From the IMG/VR virus record IMGVR_UViG_3300027804_000063, positions 10,186 through 74,185 of that record: a stretch of DNA of 64,000 nt; one strand, 5' to 3'. The DNA comes from a virus (taxonomy: Duplodnaviria > Caudoviricetes). Below the pieces are notes generated by a model that made no database searches, had not been told where the DNA came from, and worked only from the letters and a program-made list of their open reading frames with translations. Both the position numbers and the translations under genes were made by a program. Of the stretch, positions 27,746 through 37,994 are shown piece after piece; the first letter of the stretch is position 1; each line of letters starts with the position of its first letter.

Positions 27746-28519
27746 TTACGCATATTCCACTTCGTTGTATGCGTCAAGGTCTGCTTCGCCGAGATCAAAG
27801 ATGAGAACACTGTCCTCACCCATTGTGTCGCGTCCGAGAACGCTGACTTCGGTTTCGCCGTCCTTCCAATCAACCCGTGTGTGGTGGTGTCCGCAGATGT
27901 GGAACTGTGGTGTCACCTTGTCAAGGATTTCTTTTACAAGATGTCGCTGTGCGATAGATACTTGAATGTCGTCCTTGTAGGTGATTTTGTTCCCGTTGTC
28001 ATACGGTGCTTCGTGGGTCATCAAGATATCAACGGGTTCGTTGCTGATGAGATCAACATCAAACGGGTTGATGAGTTCGCCACGCCACCACGATTCGCCT
28101 TCCACACGGTCTAACCAATCAACTGAGTACGCACCTCCGTAACCCATAAAGGTTGTTTCGTTGATTTGGAAACGACATCCACGAGGAATGTACTGTAACC
28201 ATTCGTTAGGTGTTGGTATCGGGTTGTTGCGTCCGTTGCAAGTTGTGAGGTCACGAATGATGTCGTGGTTCTCATGGTTTCCGTCAATCCACAGAAACTT
28301 GATCTGTGCTTGTTCTGCGAGTTCTGCGACACGGTTCACGAACTTGCGTCCGAATGGTTTGTGTACCCAATATCCGAAGTCGCCTACCGAGATGATGTGC
28401 GTTACTTCGTTCTGTTGTGCGTGCCTGATTACCCACTCGGCGTGTTCAATGTTGCCGTGGATGTCGCCTGCGAACATTACCCGTTGGTTGTTCTGTTTAG
28501 GGTTTAGTAGTTGTTTCAT
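27746..28519 (-). CDS. Calcineurin-like metallophosphoesterase
   Basis: GDIHG, GDFG, DGNHEN, THEAP, GHHH. Confidence 0.9.
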   Translation of the reverse strand: MKQLLNPKQNNQRVMFAGDIHGNIEHAEWVIRHAQQNEVTHIISVGDFGYWVHKPFGRKFVNRVAELAEQAQIKFLWIDGNHENHDIIRDLTTCNGRNNPIPTPNEWLQYIPRGCRFQINETTFMGYGGAYSVDWLDRVEGESWWRGELINPFDVDLISNEPVDILMTHEAPYDNGNKITYKDDIQVSIAQRHLVKEILDKVTPQFHICGHHHTRVDWKDGETEVSVLGRDTMGEDSVLIFDLGEADLDAYNEVEYA

Positions 28520-28620
28520 ATATATAAGTATATACGGGTACTGTCATATTGTCAACCCCATAAATGCCCTATTTTTAGCGGTTTCCCGTGATATATCCAC
28601 AAGTAAGGTAGTGTATTTAT

Positions 28621-29049
28621 ATGGCTGAAACCCCCACCCCCCAAGAACTGATCTCCCGAATGCCCGAGGATTTCGTAGACCTAATCGGAAGATTTATCGG
28701 CGACCCCGACATAAACACCGACCATCTTGACGTTCAAGAACTGATGCCGTCCCAACCGTGCGTAGCGTTGATCGCCAACCATTTAGGACTAGGAAAAGAA
28801 CTACTCGGGACTGCTGAGTTGGATCAAGCAAAAGCATGGCTAGATGAGCAAATCAGTTGGCAAGACAGGTCTGTTGCGGTACAAAAGAAACTCGCAGAAA
28901 AAGCCCCCTTCGGTGAAGAACAAGCAATAAAAGGCGAAATCCCTATGTGGATGAACGCAAAATGGGCTCCGATGCTGTTGTTCCAATGGTCAGACGGCTT
29001 GCGTGACGCAGTTCTCCAAGCAGAAGAATATGTAGAGGAAGTTCTATGA
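28621..29049 (+). CDS. Hypothetical protein
   Basis: 142-aa ORF, coupled run. Confidence 0.7.
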   Translation: MAETPTPQELISRMPEDFVDLIGRFIGDPDINTDHLDVQELMPSQPCVALIANHLGLGKELLGTAELDQAKAWLDEQISWQDRSVAVQKKLAEKAPFGEEQAIKGEIPMWMNAKWAPMLLFQWSDGLRDAVLQAEEYVEEVL

Positions 29050-29420
29050 GCGACACCCCCGACAACCTAGAAGTAGCAATGAACAAAGTCGCCGAGGACT
29101 TGACTCCGACGCGATCGCGTGCAGTTGGGAAAAAGAAGAAAAGTGAAGACGGGACTGAACTTTCTTCAACAGCACAAGAACAGGTGTTGTTTCGCGCTTC
29201 AACTGAGGACAAACAGAAATGGGAGGAATGCGCCAAACATTTGGGTATTTCTTTGGCTGAGTTTCTGCGTGTTTCCGCAAACGAAAAGGCTGAAAATGCG
29301 ATGAAAGGTTGCGAACACCCGTTGGCTTTCCGCCGATCTTTCCCGTGGATGGAAGAATGCTTGAAATGCGGTGTACGACTCCGCAACGAAGACAGAACAA
29401 CTTATCAAAATCGTCGCTAG
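29046..29420 (+). CDS. Hypothetical protein, RHH-like plus Cys motif
   Basis: QVLFRASTEDKQKWEECAKHLGISLAEFLR. Confidence 0.6.
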   Translation: MSDTPDNLEVAMNKVAEDLTPTRSRAVGKKKKSEDGTELSSTAQEQVLFRASTEDKQKWEECAKHLGISLAEFLRVSANEKAENAMKGCEHPLAFRRSFPWMEECLKCGVRLRNEDRTTYQNRR

Positions 29421-29773
29421 TGAAGCCCCGCAAACCGCTCAAACGAACGCCACTCAAACGATCAACTAAACCGATCAAGAAGAAGTCGGCTAAACGGGAA
29501 GTCGCTGATGTAGAACGACGCATCTTTGTTGCAATGATGCTGAAAAAACACCCGTATTGTGTTGCGTGTCCTGTGTTCGCTGAACATGATGGCTTAGTTG
29601 CGTATGTTCGCCGTCCTTCGCGTGACATTCACGAGTTGGTGCGACGATCTCAGGGCGGATCAGTGGTTAGTGAAGATAACTGTATTGCTGTGTGTCGGGA
29701 CTGTCACAACAGGATCGGCAACTATCCTCAGTTGGCTTTTGATTTGGGGTTAGCGAAACACTCGTGGGAATAA
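29420..29773 (+). CDS. HNH endonuclease
   Basis: CVAC...DIHELVRRSQGG...NCIAVCRDCHNRI. Confidence 0.85.
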   Translation: MKPRKPLKRTPLKRSTKPIKKKSAKREVADVERRIFVAMMLKKHPYCVACPVFAEHDGLVAYVRRPSRDIHELVRRSQGGSVVSEDNCIAVCRDCHNRIGNYPQLAFDLGLAKHSWE

Positions 29774-29870
29774 CACCCGTAGCGTTATCGGCGGTGACGG
29801 CGGTTGTAGCGAACACCTTTGTTGTATAGCCACACACCCACTATCACAAGTAGTAAACCCGTCACGAAGT

Positions 29871-30407
29871 TCATTGTGTTTTCCCTCTCTTACAGAACTC
29901 TATATATCTAGACATTACGAAGTCTACGAACTCAGACTTTACCACTCCGTCCTCAATATCTTTGAGAACAGTGAACTCAGGTAAACCATTGTCATCATAA
30001 ACATAGGTGACACACTTACCTGCGCTACCCCCATCATACCCATAGGTCGCTACAGTCAATGCCTCAGAAACAGGTGCGTTCGGGTTGTTCTTGTACTCAC
30101 GCTCTAGATCACCACGCTTATAACCCGTGACACTATCCACCTTTTTGAGACGAACATAACTATCCACAACGATACTTACAGTGTCAAACTCATCTAAACC
30201 ATCATTGTATGCGTCACTCAACACATCAGGTAACGACTCAAAAGGGTGACCATCTTTACCACTTTGACGACACTCAAACATATCGCCCTTCTGAAACACA
30301 ACGAAAGACTGCATATCGCTAATGCCATTGTCTTCCTTACATATCTCAGTCTTACGAAGTTGTGCGATCTTCGCTATCTTCTCTACCTCTACAAGTACAT
30401 CTATCAC
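29871..30407 (-). CDS. Hypothetical protein
   Basis: 178-aa ORF. Confidence 0.7.
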   Translation of the reverse strand: MIDVLVEVEKIAKIAQLRKTEICKEDNGISDMQSFVVFQKGDMFECRQSGKDGHPFESLPDVLSDAYNDGLDEFDTVSIVVDSYVRLKKVDSVTGYKRGDLEREYKNNPNAPVSEALTVATYGYDGGSAGKCVTYVYDDNGLPEFTVLKDIEDGVVKSEFVDFVMSRYIEFCKRGKTQ

Positions 30408-30719
30408 TTTACCCGTGTGCTCCTTTTTCGTTCAACGCTAAGACACGCTCTCAACGCTTCTTGTCTAGTTTCATGTGTAGACAACGGCATATTGCCACAC
30501 TGTGTATCTATCACCAACCATTTAGTAGATGGATATCTATCAGGTGATATGTCGTATCTGTCGTTCATTGTGCTCCTATCAGTAACACGATCAGGCATAG
30601 CGTCATTGTCGCTACACCTATCAGTGCGTCTGTGTGTATGTCTAGTAACCAACTCATATGACAAACTATATAACACTATCAGTCATATGTCAAGTATCAC
30701 CCGCAAACCACCCGTAGCA

Positions 30720-30938
30720 CTACCGCTCAACCCTCCACCTCAACCCCAAACCCCTACGCCTCGCATTCGCCTCCAACCTACGAGACCGCTCAGGCTCAGG
30801 CAACAACAAATACTGCGCCACACGCTTAGCATTCTTTCTCTCACGCTCATACTCACGCCTATGCAAACGCTTCGCCTCAGAATCCTCACGATGACACCGT
30901 TGCCACTCCCTATGATCTGAAATATTTTTGTAAGGCAC
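30720..30938 (-). CDS. Small basic hypothetical protein (MPYKN...)
   Basis: GTG start after GGGGG; arginine-rich. Confidence 0.5.
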   Translation of the reverse strand: MPYKNISDHREWQRCHREDSEAKRLHRREYERERKNAKRVAQYLLLPEPERSRRLEANARRRGLGLRWRVER

Positions 30939-31228
30939 AACACCCCCTATACAAAACAAAAACAATACAAACAATCACAACACTTGCAACAACATTCTCA
31001 AAGTTCGTCACAAACACAAAATGCAACAACTGCAACAACCAATACACGGCGACCATCACAAACAACAAAGGCACAAGGACACGCATCACAAAACCCTTAC
31101 AACATAAGGGTTATACGACAACACACACTGCAACAAGATCATAAGCGGGGCTGTCAACCTTTTGAACACGTCAGATAGCAGGGGGCGGTGGTGCGACAAT
31201 TTTTTTGGTCGGGTTTTGTTTTTTAGGT

Positions 31229-31669
31229 TTATCTGTCGTGGGGCTGTTTGGTTTTGGTTTGTAGATTTTTTCTAGTTGTTGGATTTCTTTTTGGAGTTGT
31301 TGGATTTCTTTTTCTAGTTGTTTGATTTGTTGGTCTAGGTTTTTTGGTGGTGTCATTGGGTGTGCTTTCTGTTTGGTGGATCATGTTGATGCAGGTGAGG
31401 TAGCCGATGGTGTCTAGGAGTGTGTCGTAGTGGAGTTTTCCTTGGTCTAGGTTGGTTTTTAGTCGTGCGAGTTTGACGGAGACCATGAAGAGTAGTGCGT
31501 CGTTGAGGGTGAGTTGGTGTCCTGTGAGTGTTTTGTAGATGTTGATGACTTTGGTGTAGTCGTCTTTGGGGTGTCCGTAGGTGTTTTGTCTGTCTTGGTT
31601 GACGATTTTGTGGGCGTGTTGGAGGATTTCGGTTCCGGGGGTGGGTTGTTTTTTATTTGTGTTGGTCAT
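31229..31669 (-). CDS. DUF6378 family protein
   Basis: IVNQDRQNTYGHP...MVSVKLARL...DTLLDTIGY. Confidence 0.8.
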   Translation of the reverse strand: MTNTNKKQPTPGTEILQHAHKIVNQDRQNTYGHPKDDYTKVINIYKTLTGHQLTLNDALLFMVSVKLARLKTNLDQGKLHYDTLLDTIGYLTCINMIHQTESTPNDTTKKPRPTNQTTRKRNPTTPKRNPTTRKNLQTKTKQPHDR

Positions 31670-31843
31670 GGTTGTTTTAGTTTATCTGTGCTGGGTGTGT
31701 TGGGGTGTTTTTAAAAAATGGGCGCGGCTTTTGTGGGTTTTTTGTTTTGTGTATTGTGCAGTGTTTTTCTGTGGGGGCGGTTTGTCGTCGGCATGGTGTT
31801 CCGCTGTATGCGGTTTTTGCGGTGCATTTTCTGCGGTTTTGGT

Positions 31844-32377
31844 TCATAGGTGTGTGAGTTGTTGTTCGTTTAGGGTGAGTCTTGGTCCGTAACCGTAGTC
31901 GGTTTTTTGGGCGTTTGCGAAAAAGTTTTCGCGGGTTGTTCCGCCGATTATTTGGAATTGGGTGTTGGTGCCGATGTTTTCCCATTGGTTTTTGGGTTGG
32001 TTGCACCATACGACTAGGCATTGTTCGGTTTCGGGTTTCCATAAACCGTATTTGCAGTGTTGGGGGTCGTTGATGATCAGGTTTTTTTGGCTTGATGTTT
32101 TTATTTCGGTTGTTTTGCCGTTGATGGTGGTGTCAAAGCCGTGGTCTGCGCCTATATAGATTTCCCAGTCTATTTCGGTGTTGTAGTAGCGGGAGACGAT
32201 GACTTCTCCTGCTTTGCCGAGCATGATGATGCCTTTTTCGGTTGCTCCTGCCGTGTATTTTCGGTCGGTTACTTGGTGTTCGTTTTTGTTTGCTTTACAT
32301 AGGTTGGTGAATTGGCGTAGTTGTAGTACTTCTCGGGCGGTGAGGTGCATCAACGGATATTTAGTAGCAGTTTCCAT
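31844..32377 (-). CDS. PD-(D/E)XK-like nuclease domain protein
   Basis: GKAGE...GFDTTINGKTTEIKT. Confidence 0.5.
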   Translation of the reverse strand: METATKYPLMHLTAREVLQLRQFTNLCKANKNEHQVTDRKYTAGATEKGIIMLGKAGEVIVSRYYNTEIDWEIYIGADHGFDTTINGKTTEIKTSSQKNLIINDPQHCKYGLWKPETEQCLVVWCNQPKNQWENIGTNTQFQIIGGTTRENFFANAQKTDYGYGPRLTLNEQQLTHL

Positions 32378-32403
32378 TGCGTTGTAGTTTATCTAGCGTG
32401 GGG

Positions 32404-32673
32404 CTATTTTGTTTTTGAGATGATCTGGTAACCCTCGTCGGTAACTGCCACCTGCCATTGGACTTCGCTGAATCGTTGACGCAACCCGTACACCTCTATG
32501 GTGATTTTGTTGAGTGGTTGGGTTTGTCCCACGAAATTTTTGTATACGACCCATTGGTTTGGGTTTTGTTTTACTTGTTCTACGAACAGTTGGACTCGTC
32601 CTCGTGTTTGTTTTCTTGTTACGAATGTGGGGTTTTCCACAAATTCAAGTTGGCTGAATGTTTCGGTAATCAT
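32404..32673 (-). CDS. Hypothetical protein
   Basis: AGGAGA SD and TAAACCTA leader. Confidence 0.6.
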   Translation of the reverse strand: MITETFSQLEFVENPTFVTRKQTRGRVQLFVEQVKQNPNQWVVYKNFVGQTQPLNKITIEVYGLRQRFSEVQWQVAVTDEGYQIISKTK

Positions 32674-32747
32674 TGTTATTTCTCCTGTATTTCTAGGTTT
32701 ATTTATTGTGTGATTAGTGTAGCGGGTATTTAAACAAAAAGCAACTT

Positions 32748-33464
32748 TTATTTGCCTTGTATTTGTGCTTCTTTCACATATTTTTCGTCTATATCGTATC
32801 CGATATATTTTCTGCCGAGTTTTTGGGCGGTTGTTGTGGTTGTTCCGATCCCGTTGAAGGGGTCTAGGACGATGTCGTTGGGTTGTGTGGTGAGAAGGAT
32901 GCAGTTTTCTACGAGTTGTGTGGGGAATGGTGCGGGGTGGATTGTTTGCCGTTGTGGGGGGATGTCCCATATTTCGCCAAGATATTTGGGGTCTATGTTG
33001 TCACGGAATGTTTTTGGCTTGTCTTTGGATAGCCAGTAGATGTGTTCGGTGTTTGGAAGCAGATGGTCTTTGCGTATGTTGGGGCTGTTTTTGCGGTTCC
33101 AGATGATCAGTTGATATATGTGTGCGTTTGTTTTGTGTATGAATTCGGTGGGTAGCCGTGCTTGGTTGTTGTGTCGGCGTGGTTTGTGGTTGAAAAAGAT
33201 TGATCCGTCGGGGGTGATGATTCGGTGTAGTTCGTTGATTATTTCTATTATCCAGTTTTGGTATTCGTTTTCTGGCATGTTGTCGTGGTATTCGTTGTAG
33301 TCAATATTGTGTTTCTGCCAGATTTGGTTGCTGTTTTGTGTTTTGCCGTTTTGGATACCTTTTTTGTTGTATGGCGGTGAGGTGATAATGGTGTTTATGC
33401 TGTTATCTGCAAGGTTTTTGAGTTCTTGTAGGGCGTCACCGCATTTTATGATGTTGGTCTCCAC
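32748..33464 (-). CDS. DNA methyltransferase, N4-C/N6-A, beta class
   Basis: TSPPY before VLDPFNGIGTT; HPAPFP. Confidence 0.92.
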   Translation of the reverse strand: METNIIKCGDALQELKNLADNSINTIITSPPYNKKGIQNGKTQNSNQIWQKHNIDYNEYHDNMPENEYQNWIIEIINELHRIITPDGSIFFNHKPRRHNNQARLPTEFIHKTNAHIYQLIIWNRKNSPNIRKDHLLPNTEHIYWLSKDKPKTFRDNIDPKYLGEIWDIPPQRQTIHPAPFPTQLVENCILLTTQPNDIVLDPFNGIGTTTTTAQKLGRKYIGYDIDEKYVKEAQIQGK

Positions 33465-33491
33465 GCGGTTTAGTTTATCCAGCGTGGGACG

Positions 33492-34016
33492 TTAGAACGG
33501 TTCTCTGTTGACCGATTTAGCGTTTCTGGTTGTTTTCTGTATGCGCCAAATTGTGTTGCTAAAAAGCGTTTCGGCTTGATCAGCGTTTTGTCCTGATAAG
33601 AGCATAATGTGGTGTTCTGATGTTTCTGGAAGTGTGTCAAACGGGTACCCCTGTAACGCACCTTCCGCATATTGGCAGTTGGATATTTCCATAAGGAACC
33701 GCCAGTCTTTTTCTTCTTGTGGGGTGTGGAGCGAGTTGAAATCTATGTAGAGACCTTTGAATGATTGAAGCGCTATTTGTGATGCTGTGTTGAATGCGAT
33801 TCCGCCTGTACCAATACAGATGATTGTGTCGCATTGGTTTTGGAGTGCCGTAATGTCGGGGAGTTCTATGATCCCTGCTTGTTTTGCAAGTTGAACGGTT
33901 TCTGTTTTTCGGCTTTGGCTAGCGAAATAGGTTTTGTGTCCGTTCATGTGAAGGGTGAGCGCAAGTGTGCGACCCATTTTGCCGGGTGAGATTATTCCTA
34001 TGTGGTTCATCGCCAA
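33492..34016 (-). CDS. NAD(P)-binding Rossmann protein (6-phosphogluconate/3-hydroxyacid dehydrogenase-like)
   Basis: IGIISPGKMGRTLA. Confidence 0.7.
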   Translation of the reverse strand: MAMNHIGIISPGKMGRTLALTLHMNGHKTYFASQSRKTETVQLAKQAGIIELPDITALQNQCDTIICIGTGGIAFNTASQIALQSFKGLYIDFNSLHTPQEEKDWRFLMEISNCQYAEGALQGYPFDTLPETSEHHIMLLSGQNADQAETLFSNTIWRIQKTTRNAKSVNREPF

Positions 34017-34303
34017 GGTGTTGTGTCGTCTCGTGTTTTTTGTAGCGCTCCGCTTATCGCAAGGTTTTTGCCGAATGTGTTGATGGCGTGTATTACGCCA
34101 AGAGGTTCAGGAAACCCCAATTTTTTTGTCACAACATCTAAGGTTTTTTGTTCTATTTCTTTCCAAGCGTTGAGTACGGCTTGTGCTCCTGTTGTGTGTT
34201 CGTTGTAGTAGTTGTTGGCGATGATGTCTATGCCTTGTATTTCCCATAGTTCAGGGTCGTGTTTTGTTGCCATTTGTACTCGGGTTATTTTTTCCGTATT
34301 CAT
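34007..34303 (-). CDS. Hypothetical protein
   Basis: Coupled ORF. Confidence 0.6.
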   Translation of the reverse strand: MNTEKITRVQMATKHDPELWEIQGIDIIANNYYNEHTTGAQAVLNAWKEIEQKTLDVVTKKLGFPEPLGVIHAINTFGKNLAISGALQKTRDDTTPWR

Positions 34304-35052
34304 CGCGTGTTGCTGACTCCTCCGTCAACGATGAGGGTTGATCCTAGGACATAATCTCCAGCCTGAGACGCTAGGTACACGACAGCACCAACGATGTCTT
34401 CGGGTGTTCCCGTTCTCCCAACAGGGATATATTTTGCTGTTTCATATGGGTAGTCGCGCGCGTATTGGTTCATGTTTGACGGGAATGCGCCGGGGCAGAT
34501 TGCGTTTACGGATATTCCATCTTTGATGAGTTCTATTGACATTTGGCGGGTGAGATGCAGTAATCCTGCTTTGCTTGCGTGATATCCGTAAGAATGGTCT
34601 TGATCTAAAGTAAGCCCGTTGATGGATGAAATGTTGATTACTTTTGCTAAACGATTATTTTGCTTGTATGACTTTGTCAACATTTTATAAAATCGTTGTG
34701 TAAGAAATAGTGGCGTTTTCATATTTATGTCTACTGCTGTTTCCCAATTTTCTTCCGCATATTCAGTAAAACTTTTTGCGCCTGCGCTACGACCAGCGTT
34801 ATTTACGAGGATATCTATGTGGGTTTCTTTTTCTTCTATTTGTGAAACAGCCCGATCTATCCCGTCAAGGGTTGAGAGATCTTCTTTTATGTAGGTCACA
34901 CTTGTTCGCTCTTGCAGAGGGTCATGAACGGAAATGTTGTAGACACGAGTGCACCCGAATTTGACTAGTCCCCTCGTAATCATTTCGCCAATTCCGCTTG
35001 AACCCCCTGTTACGACGGCTACGCGACCTTCAAGAGAAAATAGATTTTTCAT
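34300..35052 (-). CDS. Short-chain dehydrogenase/reductase
   Basis: TGGSSGIG, NNAG, YHASK. Confidence 0.93.
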   Translation of the reverse strand: MKNLFSLEGRVAVVTGGSSGIGEMITRGLVKFGCTRVYNISVHDPLQERTSVTYIKEDLSTLDGIDRAVSQIEEKETHIDILVNNAGRSAGAKSFTEYAEENWETAVDINMKTPLFLTQRFYKMLTKSYKQNNRLAKVINISSINGLTLDQDHSYGYHASKAGLLHLTRQMSIELIKDGISVNAICPGAFPSNMNQYARDYPYETAKYIPVGRTGTPEDIVGAVVYLASQAGDYVLGSTLIVDGGVSNTR

Positions 35053-35843
35053 CCTCTGATCTCTGAAACACCACCATCTAGAACGATGTGTGTGCCCACA
35101 CAGTAATCACCTGCTCGTGACGCAAGATAGGTGATTGCCGCGACGATGTCGTCTTTATGTCCAAGTCGTTTTGCGGGGATTCGTTGTGTAACTTGCAGAC
35201 GGTTTGCGGGGTTGACTTCGTTTGGGGTGGTGTTAAACAATCCAACGGTTATAGATGAGGCAACTATTTTGTGGCGGATGTATTGTACGGCGAATGATTT
35301 TGTTGCGTGATTTATTCCCGCGTTGCTTGAACTGAAGGCGAAGTTGGATATTTGTGGAGGATTGATTCCGTCAACGGTAGAGATGTTGATTATTTTTCCG
35401 TAAAGTTGTTCAGTTGAAATGCTTGTTCCTTCATCTGGGTTAGTTGATGCTTTCAGTAGCGGAAGGAATTTTTCGGTGAGTTTGATTGGGGCTTCCAAGT
35501 TGTATTTGATTACCTGATCCCAATCTTCGGCGTTGTAGAGCGATGAGTTGACAAGAATATTAATGAATGGTTCAAGGGTGCTGATTTCGCAGAATAGTTT
35601 TTCTCGTCCTTCTTCTGTGGTTATGTCGCACTCTATGTGGATAATGTTTTTGTAAATATCGTTCAGTTTGGCTTGTTCTTCTTCGTCTATGACTGTCCGA
35701 GGGGTGAACGCTTCTTTATCGGCAACATATACGCGAGCAACACCTTGCTCTACTAAGCCCTCAGCGATCATCCATCCGTAACCAGTAAATCCACCAGTCA
35801 GCAGGGCTATACGGTTATCTAATGAAAATAGCGTGCTCATCAT
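35049..35843 (-). CDS. SDR paralogue with degenerate active site
   Basis: TGGFTGYG retained; YxxxK replaced by FSSSN. Confidence 0.85.
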   Translation of the reverse strand: MMSTLFSLDNRIALLTGGFTGYGWMIAEGLVEQGVARVYVADKEAFTPRTVIDEEEQAKLNDIYKNIIHIECDITTEEGREKLFCEISTLEPFINILVNSSLYNAEDWDQVIKYNLEAPIKLTEKFLPLLKASTNPDEGTSISTEQLYGKIINISTVDGINPPQISNFAFSSSNAGINHATKSFAVQYIRHKIVASSITVGLFNTTPNEVNPANRLQVTQRIPAKRLGHKDDIVAAITYLASRAGDYCVGTHIVLDGGVSEIRG

Positions 35844-35848
35844 TTCTC

Positions 35849-36262
35849 CTATTTGGTTTGTATCTGAAATCCTAATACTTTTTGCTCACCCCTCCAGCGA
35901 GACAGACCGTTGTTGTATGCGCTTTGTTTTCTGATCTTTTCTTCACGCATACGCTGACTTCTGCCAAGAACCATCAAAGCGTGGCTCCCGTTCAGCGTTA
36001 TTTTGTAAAGATATTTGGCAAAACCGTATGTGTTTGTTATCTGCGGGTTGGGGTGTGCGACCTTTTCTAGGTACCCAATTTTTGTCAGGAATAAGAGATT
36101 GGCGTCTAGCCTTTTGCGCGAAACATTACCTAGAACAAAGTTTCGGTAATCAACCGAAGTGAAGGCTTGGTCTTTTCTGAAACGGGCATAACACAAAATT
36201 TTGTAAGCACCTGATCCGTAGCGAAGGTATTTTGTTGGGCTGTTTAAGGGTGTACTTTCCAT
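35849..36262 (-). CDS. Hypothetical protein (possible winged HTH)
   Basis: Basic 137-aa ORF. Confidence 0.6.
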   Translation of the reverse strand: MESTPLNSPTKYLRYGSGAYKILCYARFRKDQAFTSVDYRNFVLGNVSRKRLDANLLFLTKIGYLEKVAHPNPQITNTYGFAKYLYKITLNGSHALMVLGRSQRMREEKIRKQSAYNNGLSRWRGEQKVLGFQIQTK

Positions 36263-36294
36263 GCCGTAAAGATATCGGGTGGTAGCCTATTTTC

Positions 36295-37224
36295 ATGGAG
36301 TTTTCTTTGGAGTCACACGAAATTTTGCCTTATGTTCGTGTGTACACAGGCGCATTTCCTGATATTGAAGAAATGCTATCGGTGTTATTTGAACACGAAA
36401 AAACAACAACTGAAGACCCCGAAGCACCACACCTATTTGAGCCTTACAGACCTTGGTATACCTTCGGTCGGGTTACTGATGTTTTAAGAACTCCAGACGA
36501 CTCTTCCCACGAATATATTCGTAAACAAACATATTTTTTTGATCGGGTGATGGATGTAAGAAAAGCAGTTATCGCAGATTATTGCGATAAATATAAGGTT
36601 TTTGATTTTATAAATACGGAGACTTGGATCCAATCGTCTGTGAATTTAGCAGAATACTTTGATGGCGCGTCAGTTTTAAGTCCGCAAATAGACGGTTTAA
36701 ATATTTCATTAAAACCAAAAGCAATGAATTACCATACGGATTTTGAAATAAAAAAAATGTGTGAAGATTCAGATAATTTTGTTCTTACTTGCAACATTTA
36801 CTGGAATGACGACTATGACAGCGGAGAGGTAGTTTTTTTTAATTCAGATCAATTGCTTCCATATAAACCCAAACGAGGCGAAGTGCTTATTTTCCCGTCT
36901 GGATCCCCCTTCTTCCCCGAAGACGGACAAGCGTTTTATCATTGCGCAAATACTGTATTCAAGGGGAAAAAGTATTTTTCAAGAAATTATTTGCAATACA
37001 AGCATGTGCCGACTGAGGAAATGCGTGAAGCACGAGGAGATTATCCTAGTGGTGATCGCGTGAAGGGGGATCACCACTATGACTCCCTATTTAATCAAAT
37101 GATTGATATAAGCACCGGCGGTGAAAAAAAATTTCTTGTTCACCCAATTGCAAAAAGGTTTTATAAAAAACTTGGTGAATCTATTTGTGTGAACGATTTC
37201 AGCAAAAACGATTTTTTTCAGTAG
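36295..37224 (+). CDS. 2OG-Fe(II) oxygenase, prolyl-4-hydroxylase-like
   Basis: YHTD, YWNDDYDSGEVVF, KPKRGEVLIFPS, FYH. Confidence 0.85.
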   Translation: MEFSLESHEILPYVRVYTGAFPDIEEMLSVLFEHEKTTTEDPEAPHLFEPYRPWYTFGRVTDVLRTPDDSSHEYIRKQTYFFDRVMDVRKAVIADYCDKYKVFDFINTETWIQSSVNLAEYFDGASVLSPQIDGLNISLKPKAMNYHTDFEIKKMCEDSDNFVLTCNIYWNDDYDSGEVVFFNSDQLLPYKPKRGEVLIFPSGSPFFPEDGQAFYHCANTVFKGKKYFSRNYLQYKHVPTEEMREARGDYPSGDRVKGDHHYDSLFNQMIDISTGGEKKFLVHPIAKRFYKKLGESICVNDFSKNDFFQ

Positions 37225-37994
37225 TTGGCATGTGCGTCAACAAAATTAAGTACGCGTTCCGCTGTCGTATCACCATCTGTGCCGGGATCTGTTTTTAGCC
37301 AACGAATAAAGTCATACCATTTACGCTGTTGATCAGGGCTATCAAACACGAGCGTGTATTGCACAATTGTTTTTGACCCGTTGGCAACCACCGAAGGTGC
37401 TCCCTGTGTGACTGCTTGTTGCGTGTCTGTTCCTTGTGGGGCACTTAAAACGGTTTCACCGTTTTCAAGTTGAACACTTACTGCTTGCGGTGCTGTCTTT
37501 ATCGGATCAGCGGTTAACGGCGTTATGGGCTGTATTACTGGTGGTTCGTATGGTGTGTCGTCTTCCTGATAGTAGTCGCCTTCCATAGCGGCTAAATCAA
37601 ATTCGTCCCATCCAAGTGCGTCTATGAGCGTGTCGTATTGTTCGCCGACCTCTCCTAGTAGTTCAAAAATTAGGTTGCTGTCAGTTGTTCCGAGTTCATT
37701 GGTTCGGTTATCTGCTAGGGCATAGGCGATCGCGCTTTCAAGATCGCCTTCAAATTTTACGCAAGCAATTTTTTCCCAACCAAGTTTTTTCGCGGCTTCG
37801 TATTGGTGGTTCCCTGCGATTATGGTTGATGTTCCGTCGCCGTTATCTTTGATAACAATCGGTTTTACTTGCCCGAATTCTTTGTAGGAAGCGACGATTG
37901 CGTCTATGTTGCCCTTGCGTGGGTTGTTTTCTAGGTGGACAAGTTCTGTAAGTGGAACAGCCAAATGTTCAATGTTTTTATGAATATTAGACAT
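37218..37994 (-). CDS. ParB/Srx N-terminal domain protein
   Basis: NNPRKG...FGQVKPIV...IIAGNHQYEAAKKLGW. Confidence 0.85.
   Translation of the reverse strand: MSNIHKNIEHLAVPLTELVHLENNPRKGNIDAIVASYKEFGQVKPIVIKDNGDGTSTIIAGNHQYEAAKKLGWEKIACVKFEGDLESAIAYALADNRTNELGTTDSNLIFELLGEVGEQYDTLIDALGWDEFDLAAMEGDYYQEDDTPYEPPVIQPITPLTADPIKTAPQAVSVQLENGETVLSAPQGTDTQQAVTQGAPSVVANGSKTIVQYTLVFDSPDQQRKWYDFIRWLKTDPGTDGDTTAERVLNFVDAHANY

Noticed and set aside
29813-29835. Possible 15th ACACC-N7 promoter (ACACC-TTTGTTG-TATAGC)
   Set aside because: The -10 lacks the final T and there is no downstream plus-strand gene
31677-32042. ORF-track calls in G/T-skewed regions (for example 31677-32042, 31514-31892, 32404-32970 extension)
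   Set aside because: Shadow ORFs from compositional skew that overlap better-supported genes
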